Source of the DNA: Haliotis rufescens
Taxonomy: Eukaryota
Direction: 5' to 3'
Assembly (NCBI RefSeq): GCF_023055435.1
Contig: NW_025964383.1
Location: 43,214,001-43,278,000 of the forward strand
Length of the DNA stretch: 64,000 bases
How positions within the stretch are numbered: the first letter of the stretch is position 1; each line of letters opens with the position of its first letter. A model generated the notes under the pieces. The model saw nothing but the letters and a program-made list of their open reading frames with translations. It did not search any database and was not told the DNA's origin. Positions 10,799-22,431 of this stretch are shown here, piece by piece. The position numbers and the translations under genes are program-made.

Positions 10799-11852
10799 AT
10801 GGGTGTTCCGATAAATATATGGAGAGCCCGGATCGGTTGTCTTCAGCCTGAACGGACTGAAAAAATGCAACCGTATCGATCAACATCGCAATGGACGCCA
10901 GGAACAGACATTGCATATCGGATACTACTTTGCACAGTGTTATTACTGTCGATCTACACTTCAGGTATGAACATTGCAAACAACGCAAGCTACGTGTGTT
11001 CTTATCTGAGTATGTTCGACACCAGAATAAACTTTCATATATGTGAGTACAATCACACCCATTTGTTTACATTTGAAAAAAACAGACTACTCTCGAGACA
11101 GTTGGATGTGTAATCCATGTGCATGTACTCTTATATATCTGTCAGGAGATATAGAGTTAAACCCTGGGCCATTAAATAAAGACCTAGAAGACATGAAATC
11201 AGAAATCAATCAGCAAATAAAAGATTCGGGGAATAAACTAACAAACGAGATCAGTTCAATGAGGAACGACATTCAGTTGTAGCGTGGTGACGTCACAGAT
11301 CTTGAAAAACAACTCAATGAGATCAAAGAAGAAAATAACATCATGAGGTTAGATATTGATGCTGTCAATGATAATGTTGATGAGATCCATAATGGTTTTG
11401 ATGCTATTGATTCACGCATAAAGGATCTTGAGAGGCGTAGCAGAAGGAACAACATTATTATCTATGGTATCCCAGAGAGCGCAAACGAATCTTATTCTGT
11501 TTGCAAAATTAAAACTCTGGATGTTCTGAACTCTGCCAGAACTGAGGACAATGAACTATTAACTTTGAGGGATATCGAGAGGGCACACAGGATAGGACGC
11601 ACGACGTCCGATAAACCACGCCCAGTTATTGCAAAAATGCTTCATTGTGACGATAAAATAAAGACTCTGAACTTGAGAGGTTCTCTTAAGTCCAGAGGCT
11701 ACGGTAAAGCAAACGATCTGATGAGGAACCAGAAACAAGAAATAAAACAATGCAAAGAACAAGATCCAAGCAAACATTATTTCTATAAAGGTGGTAAACT
11801 GTCGTCTGCTCTTGTATGTGATAGTACGCTTCACGTGCAAATACAGAGGTGA
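10799..11852 (+). pseudogene. LINE ORF1: leader (MGVPINIWRARIG) + 2A-like motif + coiled coil + RRM-like domain, disrupted
   Basis: LSGDIELNPGP at 11139-11171; heptad region; RRNNIIIYGIPE, IERAHRIG and PRPVIAK motifs of L1-type RNA-binding ORF1p. A frameshift and an in-frame TAG near 11280. Confidence 0.8.
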
Positions 11853-11999
11853 CTCGACCCGAGTCACGTGACGGAAACAACCCACGTCGGGCCGACAGAG
11901 GTAACGCAGGCAGGGGTGGGAGACCGACACAGAAGAGATAGGGGTGTGGCCAGGGCCCGGATATACAGGGGACGTCGTCTGAACCTACTTGTAGTATCA

Positions 12000-14900
12000 T
12001 TAATGCTGTGAAACTAGTGTTTTGAAATATCTCAGGGTTGCTCTCAAAGTTATCAGACTGTGAGTGTCTATCATTTTTAAAAACATTTGACATAATTGGT
12101 TTGACAGAGACATGGACCCAGAAACTAAATTTTGATGATACGTTCTGTGAATATCCCAACTTTATTAAGACAGCAGACAAGATAGCAAATTTTGGAAGAC
12201 CTTCAGGTGGAATTTGTGTCTTCGTAAAAAAGCATCTTTTAGCTTATGTTAAAAACTCATGGATCACAGCAAATGGTGTATATCTATTACTAGACAGGTC
12301 ACTGTTTGGACTTGAAAAACATGTGTTATACTGCTGTGTGTATATTCACCCAGAAGGATCTACATGGTACGACAGTAATGTTGGATCTAAAAACGGTATA
12401 GTGCTATTTCAGGATGAACTGCTTGACATCCTAGGTGATGTTGGTGACGTTTCGTGCATTTTAGGGGGTGACTTTAATGCAAGAACAGGCAAAGAGCAAG
12501 ATTATGTAGAGGATGATATACTTGAATATCTCCATGGCCAGGATACTTCATACTGGGACTTCCTCTTAGACAGGTTTAATCTGTGTAGATATTCAAACGA
12601 TACTATTCTTAATAACTTTGGAAAATGTTTTATCAATTTATGTGCTGTTTTAAATGTACACATTATGAATGGCCACTGTGGAAGTGATTCCGATAAAGGT
12701 GATTTTACATTTGTTGGCAATGCTGGAGCAAGTGTTATCGATTACATTATTAGCACCATAGATATATTTGACTTGTGCCCAAATTTTGATATTGAGTCAC
12801 GCCACGAATCACAGCACCTGCCTATCACAATGTCATTACGAGCGCTTCATTCAGGTGGAAAAACACCATTTGAAAACGCCTACTATAGTCATTCAATGTT
12901 TCAGTGGGAAAACAGCAAAGCAGATATTTTCCAAGAACGACTGTTATCAGACACCTTTGCATGCCTCCTAAGAGAAGCTATTGATTCTGTTTTTACAAAT
13001 ATTGATGAAAGTGTATCGTTATTTACAGAAGCTATTACATATGCAGGGAATGTAATGAAAAGGGAAGTAACCCCTAACAGAGAAAGTAAACAGTGGTTTG
13101 ACTGGGAATGTGAGTTGTAAAAGAAGGAAAGATGCACTCTTTTAAACGATTCAGGAAAATAAAGGATAAAGACTCACTTGCTAAGTACACTGATTCGAAA
13201 AATAAGTATAAAGCTACTTGCAGAAAAAAGAAACAAAATTTCATGGATAGAAGCAGAGAAAAACTAGAAGAAAGTATCAGCTCATCAAAACAGTTTTGGA
13301 CGACCTTGAAAAACATCAGCAAAAAGAAGGAAACTAAAAGTAACATAGAAATGCATGAGTGGTTTAATTACTTCAAAAATCTTTTCAGCGCTGATGATTC
13401 CACAAATATCTTCCAGTTGAACTCTTTTGATAATGATGAAACCAATTTTGCAACGGAAATATTAGATTCCCCAATCTCAAAAGAAGAAATTAAATCTGTT
13501 ATTCAAAATCTGAAAAACTTGAAAAGCCCGGGATTTGATAAACTTATAACAGAATTCTTTAAATACTCTATTGATAATACCCTGTCGTATTTGGAAATAT
13601 TATTCAATACAATAATGGATACCTCTTACTTTCCAAAAGGTTGGACACTTGGAACTATCCTTCCAATTCACAAAAAAGGCTCAGTGACTGATGTTGAAAA
13701 TTATAGGGGGATTACACTTACCAGTATATTCAGTAAGATATTTCTTAGCATTATTAATAAACGCTTGGTATTGTGGTCGGAAGCACTTGATAAGATTGCG
13801 GAAGAGCAAGCAGGTTTTCGACAAGGTTACTCAACCACTGATAATATGTTTATTCTCCAGGCTCTTATAGATAGGTCTATTCAACGTAAACGTGGAAAAT
13901 TGTATGCTATATTTGTAGATTTTTCGAAAGCATTCGATTCAGTCTGTAGAGATAAGTTATGGTATCTGTTTAATTCACATGGTGTCAGTAATAAAATGGG
14001 TAAATTGTTATGTGGTATTTATAAGGAAGTTAAATCATGTGTTAAACAAAACGGCATGTATTCAGATTCTTTTATATGTCATACTGGTGTACGCCAAGGA
14101 TGTGTGTTAAGCCCTTTTTTGTTCATTTATTAATGAGCTTGCAGCCCAAATCAAAAGAAATTATGATGATGGTATACAATTACATCCTGAACTTATAAAA
14201 ATATTTATGTTACTATTTGCAGATGATATAATCATGTTCTCGAGTACTGTAAAAGGTTTACAAACTTTGATAAATCAGCTAGAATTGTACTGTGATACGT
14301 GGAAACTTAATGTTAATCTAGATAAGACAAAAATTGTTGTATTTAGCAAAGGAAATACGCTGTCAAAAAACGAAAAGTGGTACTTTCGGGGACAATTACT
14401 CCAAACTGAAACCTCATATAAATATCTTGGTGTAATATTTTCAAGTAAATTATCATGGAACCGACATATATGTAATGCAGCAATCCAAGCTAAAAAGATG
14501 CTATTGGGCATTTTACAAACGTTTGAACATTTTAGCGAGTGTGCTTATAAATCTTTCTTCAAAATCTTTGACACAAAAATAGCTCCTATTCTTTCCTATG
14601 GTTCAGAAATATGGGGTTTTGCAGAGGCTAAAGAAATTGAATCCGTACATTTATACGCATGCAAAAGATTTCTTGTTGTTAAACATAGTACGTCTAACGT
14701 AATGGTTTATGGTGAAAGTGTGGTGTGGTGTGGTCGCATGCCCTTGTATATATATCACTACTTAAAAATCATAAGATACTGGTTAAAATTACTAAAAATG
14801 CCAGTAAGTAGATTGCCAAAAAAATGTTATAATATGATGCTATTGTATGAAAAGAATGGAGATCAAAATTGGGCCTACAATGTTAAATGTCTACTGTATA

Positions 14901-15409
14901 AATGTGGGTATGGTTACATCTGGGAAAACCAATGTTTCTTAGAGAATCATGCCATGTTCATATCGAAAATAAGACAGACGCTTTTTGACATGTACTTTCA
15001 AACATGGAGATCTACTGTAGATGTTTCTAGCAAATGCGAATATTATAGATATTTTAAAATGCAAATATGCGCAGAAAAATATTTAACTGATGTAAATATA
15101 AGAAAATGCAGAATATCATTAACACAATTTAGATGCAGCTCACACAGGTTAATGGTTGAAGTTGGCAGGCACAACAAAATACCCAAATGTTTAAGATTAT
15201 GTAAACAATGTTCTTTAAATGTTGTCGAAGATGAATTTCATTTTCTACTTGTATGTTGTAAATATGATTATTTAAGGAAAAAATATATTGAACAGAAATA
15301 CTATGTACATCCAAATAAATACAAGTTTATCTCTTTAATTTCACATGTGAGCAAAACGGCTATACAAAATCTCTCTCGTTATATATCATGCCATGTTATT
15401 AAGAAATGA
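12000..15409 (+). pseudogene. LINE ORF2: AP endonuclease + reverse transcriptase + C-terminal Zn motif, with frameshifts
   Basis: DIIGLTETW, GDFNARTG, SVIDY (APE); NYRGITL, EQAGFR, FVDFSKAFDSV, GVRQGCVLSP, LLFADD, YKYLG (RT); RLCKQC...EDEFHFLLVC. Confidence 0.95.
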
Positions 15410-15548
15410 ATCCTTGTAACATTCCTAACCGCTTCCACATTGTCATCTATTCTGTACTATGGGCCTGTGGCCTTACAGTTATATATGAATAAACTGATAG
15501 TGTGTTGTAAAATGTCACTGGTACAATCACCGCATGAAGCTGACAAGA

Positions 15549-15823
15549 GTGAGTGAGTGAGTATGGTTTAACGCCGCTTTTAACAGTATTCCAGTTATAT
15601 CACGGCGTGTCAGCTTAATGTGGGAGGAAAGCCCGAGGTGATGCAGGTCTCAGACGTTTACGACTTCGGTGAAACCCACGAGCACGGGTATGGTGCTGAA
15701 AAACCTAGAAACATAATCGGGGCGAACCGGGATTCGAACCCACAATAATAGGTTTCTTTCCTGCCCAAGGGACGCAACTCTGCACAGCGAATCGCCTTAG
15801 ACGACTGGGCCACCCGTGCCCCC
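15549..15823 (-). mobile_element. tRNA-derived SINE, family A
   Basis: 13-bp TSD GAAGCTGACAAGA (15536-15548 and 15824-15836), (ACTC)n tail. Confidence 0.9.
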
Positions 15824-16116
15824 GAAGCTGACAAGAAGTATTTTGGAGGACTAATTGCGTTTGAGCAAACTATTGTCAATTCAAATGTGTTTCATATTCT
15901 CAGGGCGGCACTGGATTTTGTGATCAAAGACATTCTCAAGATTAATCAATGTTGCCAATCGTTTAAACATTTGTATCTGTATCTCTTCCAAATGTTGGCA
16001 TTATGTTACATATTGAATAATAATGTTTTAATAATCTCAATGAGTTTATAGTCTTGACTGAGTAATTATCAAAGCTAAGCATTTTGTCATACAAACCTAA
16101 AACATAAAAGACTCAC

Positions 16117-16183
16117 CAACTGTGTTCTGCAGACCTGTGATACAAACATAGAATATCACACCGGCGAGTGCCTGAACCGACAT
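16117..16183 (-). CDS. FTP+PAN secreted protein, probable coding exon 1 (signal peptide)
   Basis: MSVQALAGVIFYVCITGLQNTV then G|GTGAGT donor at 16116, phase 1, matching exon 2. Joined exons give 738 nt = 245 aa plus stop. Confidence 0.65.
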
Positions 16184-17329
16184 CTTCTCCCCAGCACCCA
16201 GAATGAGAAGAGGAAAGTGTGCATTGCAACGTGGATATGGAAACGTGATGTCAGCTGAGAACTCCTCTTTGTTCTCAACATACATAATTAAAGACTACCG
16301 CCTTGTGATTATACAAGAACGCATCATGCGTCAACAGGATATGTTAGGCCAACATAGATACATACTTTGTGTATATCACCCCCCCCCCCCCCCCCCACCA
16401 CCACCAAACAAGTCTTGCGTTGCATCATTGATCAATGCACACTGACGTTGACAGTCCTATCCTACCCTAATGATATCGGACGTCTCCCGCTCTATTTTTC
16501 CGTTAGATGCATAAGAAGCTCACAATCGCACACTTGTTTTTAGAATAAAATATAGTCAAGCAACACATACTATATGATTACCTCACTTACATAATGTATT
16601 TCAACTAACAACAACATATCAAGATTTTTACGAGCTTGTAGACCACTTATAACATATGAAAGATAGAAATGTATACATAGCCTTCTCCTAAACGGTCTTT
16701 CTCTCATTCTTGCGGTACACTTTCCAACAAATGTCCTGCATTTCAGGGTGTTAATAAAACTTAAACCGAACAACTAACAAAAAATGGAGTACTTTGAAAA
16801 CTACTGGACCAAATGTGATATATATGAACAATTGTTTAAAAATGCAAAATGTTTATGTACTTTCTATTTACCCTTAAGTCTCATAGACTTAAAAAAACAC
16901 ATTACAAGTAAAACAAATATTGCGAGTGTTTTCTCAACACAGACACATAGAGAAGAAAAAAATATATCATGTTCGTTCGAATTCATCATTTGTTGACTAG
17001 TTTTGCCTTCCGCCCTTACCGAATTCATGAATTCCGTTTTTTCTAATAATTGCCAGCAAGGGTCAGTACTCCAAGAAAAACACTCAAACGATTGTACTGA
17101 AAGAGCAATCTTATCTGTAAATTATGTATGTATGGAAATACCATATCACCAAGTGTAGGTGTGTGATAATACCACCCAATTCATGCAAGATAAAGTAATA
17201 CTGTTGTATTACAATAAAGCGACAAAACCCGTTCCATATCCATGATAAATCTTTGCATTAAGCAGAGTCGATTGTACGATTCCGACTATGACATGACCAT
17301 GTGTGTATGAATCACCATCTTATAGTGAT

Positions 17330-17707
17330 TGTACCAGGTGTTAGCGAAAAGCTGAGCATATCCTGCGCCACCGGTGGCACACGTCACAAACACATGCAAA
17401 GGCAAGTCACTCCTCACCTGAAAATACACAGGAACACATGGTAGAAGTCAAAATAGGGAACGGCATCGGACATCATTTTTGTCACTGATTCCTCAATTTT
17501 GGAAATGTCCTCCGCATGTCTACCATAAAACGTTTTGAAAGCTTTACTGACGCCTTGAATGTTGTAACCTTGATGAAACAATTTCTGACCGAGAGGCGAG
17601 TGATGCTCTTTACAATCTTGGTAGAATGAGGATGCGCGATTGTACCTCAAAAGTTGTGAAATGTAAAGACCAAAGGCTGGCGCTTCTGGTTTAATGCTCG
17701 ACAGCAT
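17330..17707 (-). mobile_element. Penelope-like retroelement fragment (RT thumb region plus 3' non-coding part)
   Basis: PAFGLYISQLLRYNRASSFYQD...QKLFHQGY...AFKTFYGRH resembles the post-RT region of Penelope-like elements. Confidence 0.65.
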
Positions 17708-17936
17708 AACATTTTCTTAGGCCAATTTCACAATGTTTCTTCTCATACACTCGCCAAGCATATCTGCCTAAACCAAAGCACAATGATCAGCACTGGTTCA
17801 CAAACCAGAGTAACGCCCCTTTGCGCGTTTGCACGAAATTTACCGAAGCACTCATAAAATATCCATATCTCGCTCGAACAGGTCACATGCAAAATGTGCT
17901 GGTCGCACAAGCAAACTCATTAAAATCAGACCTTAA

Positions 17937-18430
17937 AGTACTCACGGAAAAACCTGTTTTTTCGACCTCAGATCCGAAATAAATGCAGTTAATATACAAA
18001 ATATGTAAATATTCCAACAACTCAATTAGTACTAATAGGGCCTTGGCATAAATACAGCGTATCAAAGGTTTTTATGCCTTTTTACAAGTAAAAGTGTGTA
18101 AAAATGTGAAACAGGGCATAACCAGGTGTACGTAGATCATGGTGAATGTCCATGAGCTATGACACCTTGACGACAGGTGACAACAGGTACATAATGCCTA
18201 TAGTCTGTTTCTGCTATGTCAATTTGGACTTAGTTTTATTTTTGAATGTTGAAAGTGACGACAAATTACCTCCTGTAAAGTACATTTTGTATTGTTCACT
18301 GAGATCAAACTAGCAAATCCAGACTAGTACTTTTCGAGTTGTTTTGTTATCTCGTATTTATAGCGACGTAAAACTTTGTGTCGAGTTTTAAATTGAGAAA
18401 AACAGGTTTTTTTTCATTTCCGGGAGTACT
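17937..18430. mobile_element. Non-autonomous DNA transposon with TTAA target (Kolobok-like)
   Basis: TTAA|AGTACTCACGGAAAAACCTG ... CAGGTTTTT...TTCCGGGAGTACT|TTA(A). The right TTAA is split by the next MITE. Confidence 0.7.
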
Positions 18431-18433
18431 TTA

Positions 18434-18857
18434 GTTCTCGCTACCGCTAAACAAAGATCTGAAGACATCCCATTAGGGGTCACGTCAGAACGACCTTTCA
18501 TCCGACCAATCAGTGCGTCCAAATTATGAAAGTGACGGTCGGAATTTGATTTCTAATCATGCAATCTCGAAAACTTTAACATGGGGTATTCCGAACGATC
18601 GTTACGGGTTTAACGACTGAATCCTTACAATCTAGACCATTCAAGAACGTTTTTTTGTCCAGGTTTCAAATTTGTAATCGAGAATTTGTCAAAATAGGTT
18701 TCGAAGCGTAGTCTCCAATTTGAAATTTGTGCCGTAAAGCACGAGAAAGCTGCCTTCTGATTGGTCATTCCATTGGTCGGTCAAAGTTCGCGCAAGGTCG
18801 GTCTGACGTGACCCGTAATGTGATGTCCTCAGATATTTGTTTAGCGGTAGCGAGAAC
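18434..18857. mobile_element. MITE with about 65-bp TIRs and TA TSD
   Basis: TA|GTTCTCGCTACCGCTAAACAAAGATCTGA...TCAGATATTTGTTTAGCGGTAGCGAGAAC|TA. Second copy at about 50262-50790. Confidence 0.9.
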
Positions 18858-18879
18858 TAAGATCTGGTTTTCATGAGAT

Positions 18880-19080
18880 TGGTCGCACGAGGCGACTAAA
18901 TGGATCGAGGGGTCGAATCGGTGACTTCATTGATTGCGTACACCCAGGGCGTGGATCGTTACCCAGATTAAGAATCACTCGATTGTCCGGTCCAGCTTTG
19001 ATCATTTGGTGGCCGCGTGATACAGCTGGAATATTGCTAAGTGGGGCGTTGACCAACAAACAAGCAAAGAAACAAACAAC
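18880..19080 (+). mobile_element. Short retroposon family C, degenerate
   Basis: GAGGCGACTAA...GTCCGGTCCAG...GCTGGAATATTGCTAAGTG...(AAAC)n. Confidence 0.65.
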
Positions 19081-19544
19081 ACAGCCCGTGTTTCCTGTTA
19101 ATATTTTTAAAATAAGAAGGTTACACTATATGCAGATATATTTTTACCAAAATTTGAAGTCGAACGACACATTCTGGCTTTATACCGTTTAACGATATGC
19201 GCGAGACTGTATTTTAGAAATGATGTAAAGACTGACGGACTAAGACAGAGATAAAATGGGAATTCCCTAACAATACAGATCTATTGTTTTGGATCAAATA
19301 GTAGTTTTGTTATCGGGTTTTTGCACACCCTAGAATAAATGGAATATTTGACTGCATGCCAGAATTATGTAATGGAATATTCTCGTACGCCCAATCCTGT
19401 AACGAATGTCACACACTAAAGCTATCGACTCTATATGCCTAAATTGACAATCAAAATAATTCTGTAGTTATCTGTGAAATTACTTCAGAACCTATTCGAA
19501 ACATTTTTATAATGACTTTTAAATTATCGGCACACAGAAGGCCT

Positions 19545-19760
19545 CCATGGAAGGAGGGGAGTTGGGGGTTTGATCCCAGGCCGCGTATTACCAAAAGACG
19601 TAAAAAAATGGTAATTGATGTCTCCCTGTCTTCCTGGCGATCGGCATTTAGGGGATAAAACAAGGCCTGGTCGGCTGGGAGTCAGTATACGTTTCTGAGT
19701 GGGGTATCCATGGCATAATGTGGTATGGTATTTCAGTGCTTTAGCGCAATATTAACCGGC
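19545..19760 (+). mobile_element. SINE with Meta-domain-like core
   Basis: B-box-like GGTTTGATCCC followed by ACCAAAAGACGTAAAAAAATGGTA...TCCTGGCGATCGGCATTTAGGGG, resembling the MetaSINE core as I recall it. Confidence 0.5.
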
Positions 19761-21769
19761 ATTAGTGAGCCCGTTTGACGTCACCAGCTTTGACGTTCAT
19801 ACAGTTCGGCTGTGAAGAATCATACTGCACAGGTGAAAATGTATTCTTAAAAATATAACATGCAGCCAAGGATTTAGCTGTTAGCGCCCTCATCAAGGGT
19901 CATGTGGACTTCGAATACTCAGCGTGACCTGAAACCAAAGCCCATCTCCCCTCTCCCCCGACCTCGGGGCTTTGCGTTTGCTGGGGTCGTCACGAAAAAT
20001 ACCCGGACTTATAAACCTACTTGCTGTTTGTGTAACTCGATATGGAGTTTTTGAAATTGTGGTAACACCTCGTAGGAGGTATTACAACGATCGTAACACC
20101 TCGCAGGAGGGCTTACAATCATTGTAAACCCTTGATAGAACAAAAACTACGAACAGCTACGAAACCCACGTGCTGAGGTCACCGGTTTCATTGAACCGAG
20201 TTCACGACTGCAGGCAATATTTCTTCTCCGATACAGGTTATACATTTGAGAGTTTTTATTACAGTTATTTAATTAAAAACGTTGTCTATGCGATGAGTCG
20301 GTTTATAAGTTGGACAAACCATGTCTCCTCGAGATTACTAGAGATTGTAACCCTCACATTCGGGAACGTCCTTCATGTGAGGGTTTACAATCTCTAGTAA
20401 TCCCTCGGAGACATTGTTTCTCCTACACATAACGCACCTAAGTGACGTATCACCACAGGGAGGGGCAGGTATAATGATAACTCTGCACACAGCAAACGAA
20501 AGAGCTCCACTGGTAAGACAGGATAAGTTGAGTTGTGACCTTATGATTAATCCCGTATGACTTTGTATGAAGTTCACCCACTGGCCATACCATTGTGAAG
20601 AAAGGGGTAGCGGGTGGACCGCGACAAGTAGTACTATTGATATGTGCGTGTCCCGTCACGGCTGACAAGTCCCAGTGGCAAGTTCAATAACACATAATAG
20701 TACCTGCTGATATTAGGCACTCGATGACTGTGAGAAATGGTGATAGCAAATTTGCATTGATAACAACAACTGAGAAGTCTCGTAAAAATGAAGGGAATTC
20801 ATTTGCTGTAAAAACTGAATATCTTCTTACCGAACAGAGAAAAGAAATATTTGTAGATTCTTTCTCCATGTAATTTAAGACAATTCAGGCATTCTTGAGC
20901 CTGAGAATGCATGATTTGGCCATGGTGACCTAGCTTTCACATGTTTATGTGTTTGTAATAAAATTTTATCAAACGACTTTTACAGAATTCTGGTCAAAGC
21001 GACCTCTTCACAGTCATGAGCAACACGCGTGTCCGCGGGAGCGCAGACAATTTCATCGTCGTGCCCTGCATGTGCACAACATGAGCACACTCTCTTTACC
21101 CGTAACAAACAAAATAGGTTTGCCCAAATTCTGTGCACTGCCAACTTGTCTTAAACCCTTTTGGTGAGTTGGTTCAACTTATTCTGGATTACCAGTAAAT
21201 ATATTCGTGTTACGGCGTAGTATATCAACGAGAAGAATCCGATTTAGAATGTTTATCGTTGATTGGTTGTCTTGGTCGTTCTTTCGGCCAATCAGATCAG
21301 TCTTTCTGCAGGTGATCATTCTTTTTCACAACATCGGAATTTTGTTGTTGTCAACTTTTGTGAATGAACACAATAACGTGATTGTGTCAAATAGGAAAAA
21401 CGTGTGTGATAAAACAGTAGGCGTCTAACCTCAACATGTCTAGCTTCGTAAACTTCATTCACATATTCAACGGGGAGAAAGGACAAGTACTAACATGAGT
21501 GTAATTATTTTAGAATATGCACAATGCTATAAGGGACCGACCTTTTAAAATTCTGGGGTGGTCTGAGATTATTGGTGTAAATACGAGGCCTGGTCAAAAA
21601 GTTCTAAGCCTGACTTACTTTCAACTATGGGCTATATTAAAGTGAACTAGACAATGTAGTACATTGTTTGAGTAGTTCATTGTACGTATATTTGGTCTGT
21701 TGAGGCCGTTTGTATATTGGTAACAGCCTGTTGAACGTGATAGGGGTCCAAATGGACCCGGGAATAGAA

Positions 21770-22020
21770 CAGAACGAGTACCGAGCAGTCATCGTATCAA
21801 AATTGCTCATGATATCTATCACAGGACTGTCTGGTCCAGATTCGATTAATCACAGGCCACCGTCATACAGCTGGAATATCGCTGAGTGTGGCGTCAAACA
21901 ACAAACTTACAAAAAACGAGCGTTCGCTCGTCACGTCGAAAACGCTGGTTCGATCCCCTACACCTGTATAATGATTGAAGTTCATTCCATGTAACCCTCA
22001 TTATGAAGCTTGGAACAATG
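21770..22020 (+). mobile_element. Family C 3' part followed by a degenerate family B SINE
   Basis: CTGTCTGGTCCAGATTCGATT...GCTGGAATATCGCTGAGTG, then GCGTTCGCTCGTCACG...GGTTCGATCCCC. Confidence 0.7.
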
Positions 22021-22274
22021 TCGAAATGGAGTGCGACCCCTCTCACCAACTACACATTGGATTTCAAGGCTGGTTGTCAAACCATCAATACATTATGTTG
22101 TCATCATTAATAGTTTTCATTTTCAGTTTATTTTGTGCACCAACATCGAACATTGACATGATATTCAGTGGACATTGACATGATATTCAGTGGAGATATA
22201 TTCTATTCTATTATTTTCCAGTGTTAACGTTGTCAAATATCAAATATACGCCACGGGTACCGCCATGGTAAGCA

Positions 22275-22431
22275 GGGGCGGTCGGGTAGCCTAGTGGTTA
22301 AAGCGTTCGCTCGTCACGCCGAAGACCCGGGTTCGATTCCCCACATGGGTACAATGTGTGAAGCCCATTTCTGGTATATTGCTGGAATATTGCTAAAAGC
22401 GGCGTAAAACCCTACTCACTCACTCACTCAC
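22275..22431 (+). mobile_element. tRNA-derived SINE, family B
   Basis: A box TAGCCTAGTGG, B box GGTTCGATTCC, (ACTC)n tail, 12-bp TSD CCATGGTAAGCA. Confidence 0.9.

Larger units (their letters stand above)
10686..15499 (+). mobile_element. Full-length but inactivated non-LTR retrotransposon (RTE-X-like LINE) in intron 1 of the FTP-PAN gene
   Basis: 11-bp TSD GTGTGTTGTAA (10675-10685 and 15500-15510), ORF1 and ORF2 remnants, 3' AATAAA. Clade call rests on motif resemblance only. Confidence 0.9.

Noticed and set aside
22275-22350. Functional tRNA gene (Asp/Val-like)
   Set aside because: No proper acceptor stem; continues into a SINE body, tail and TSD, with many diverged copies.
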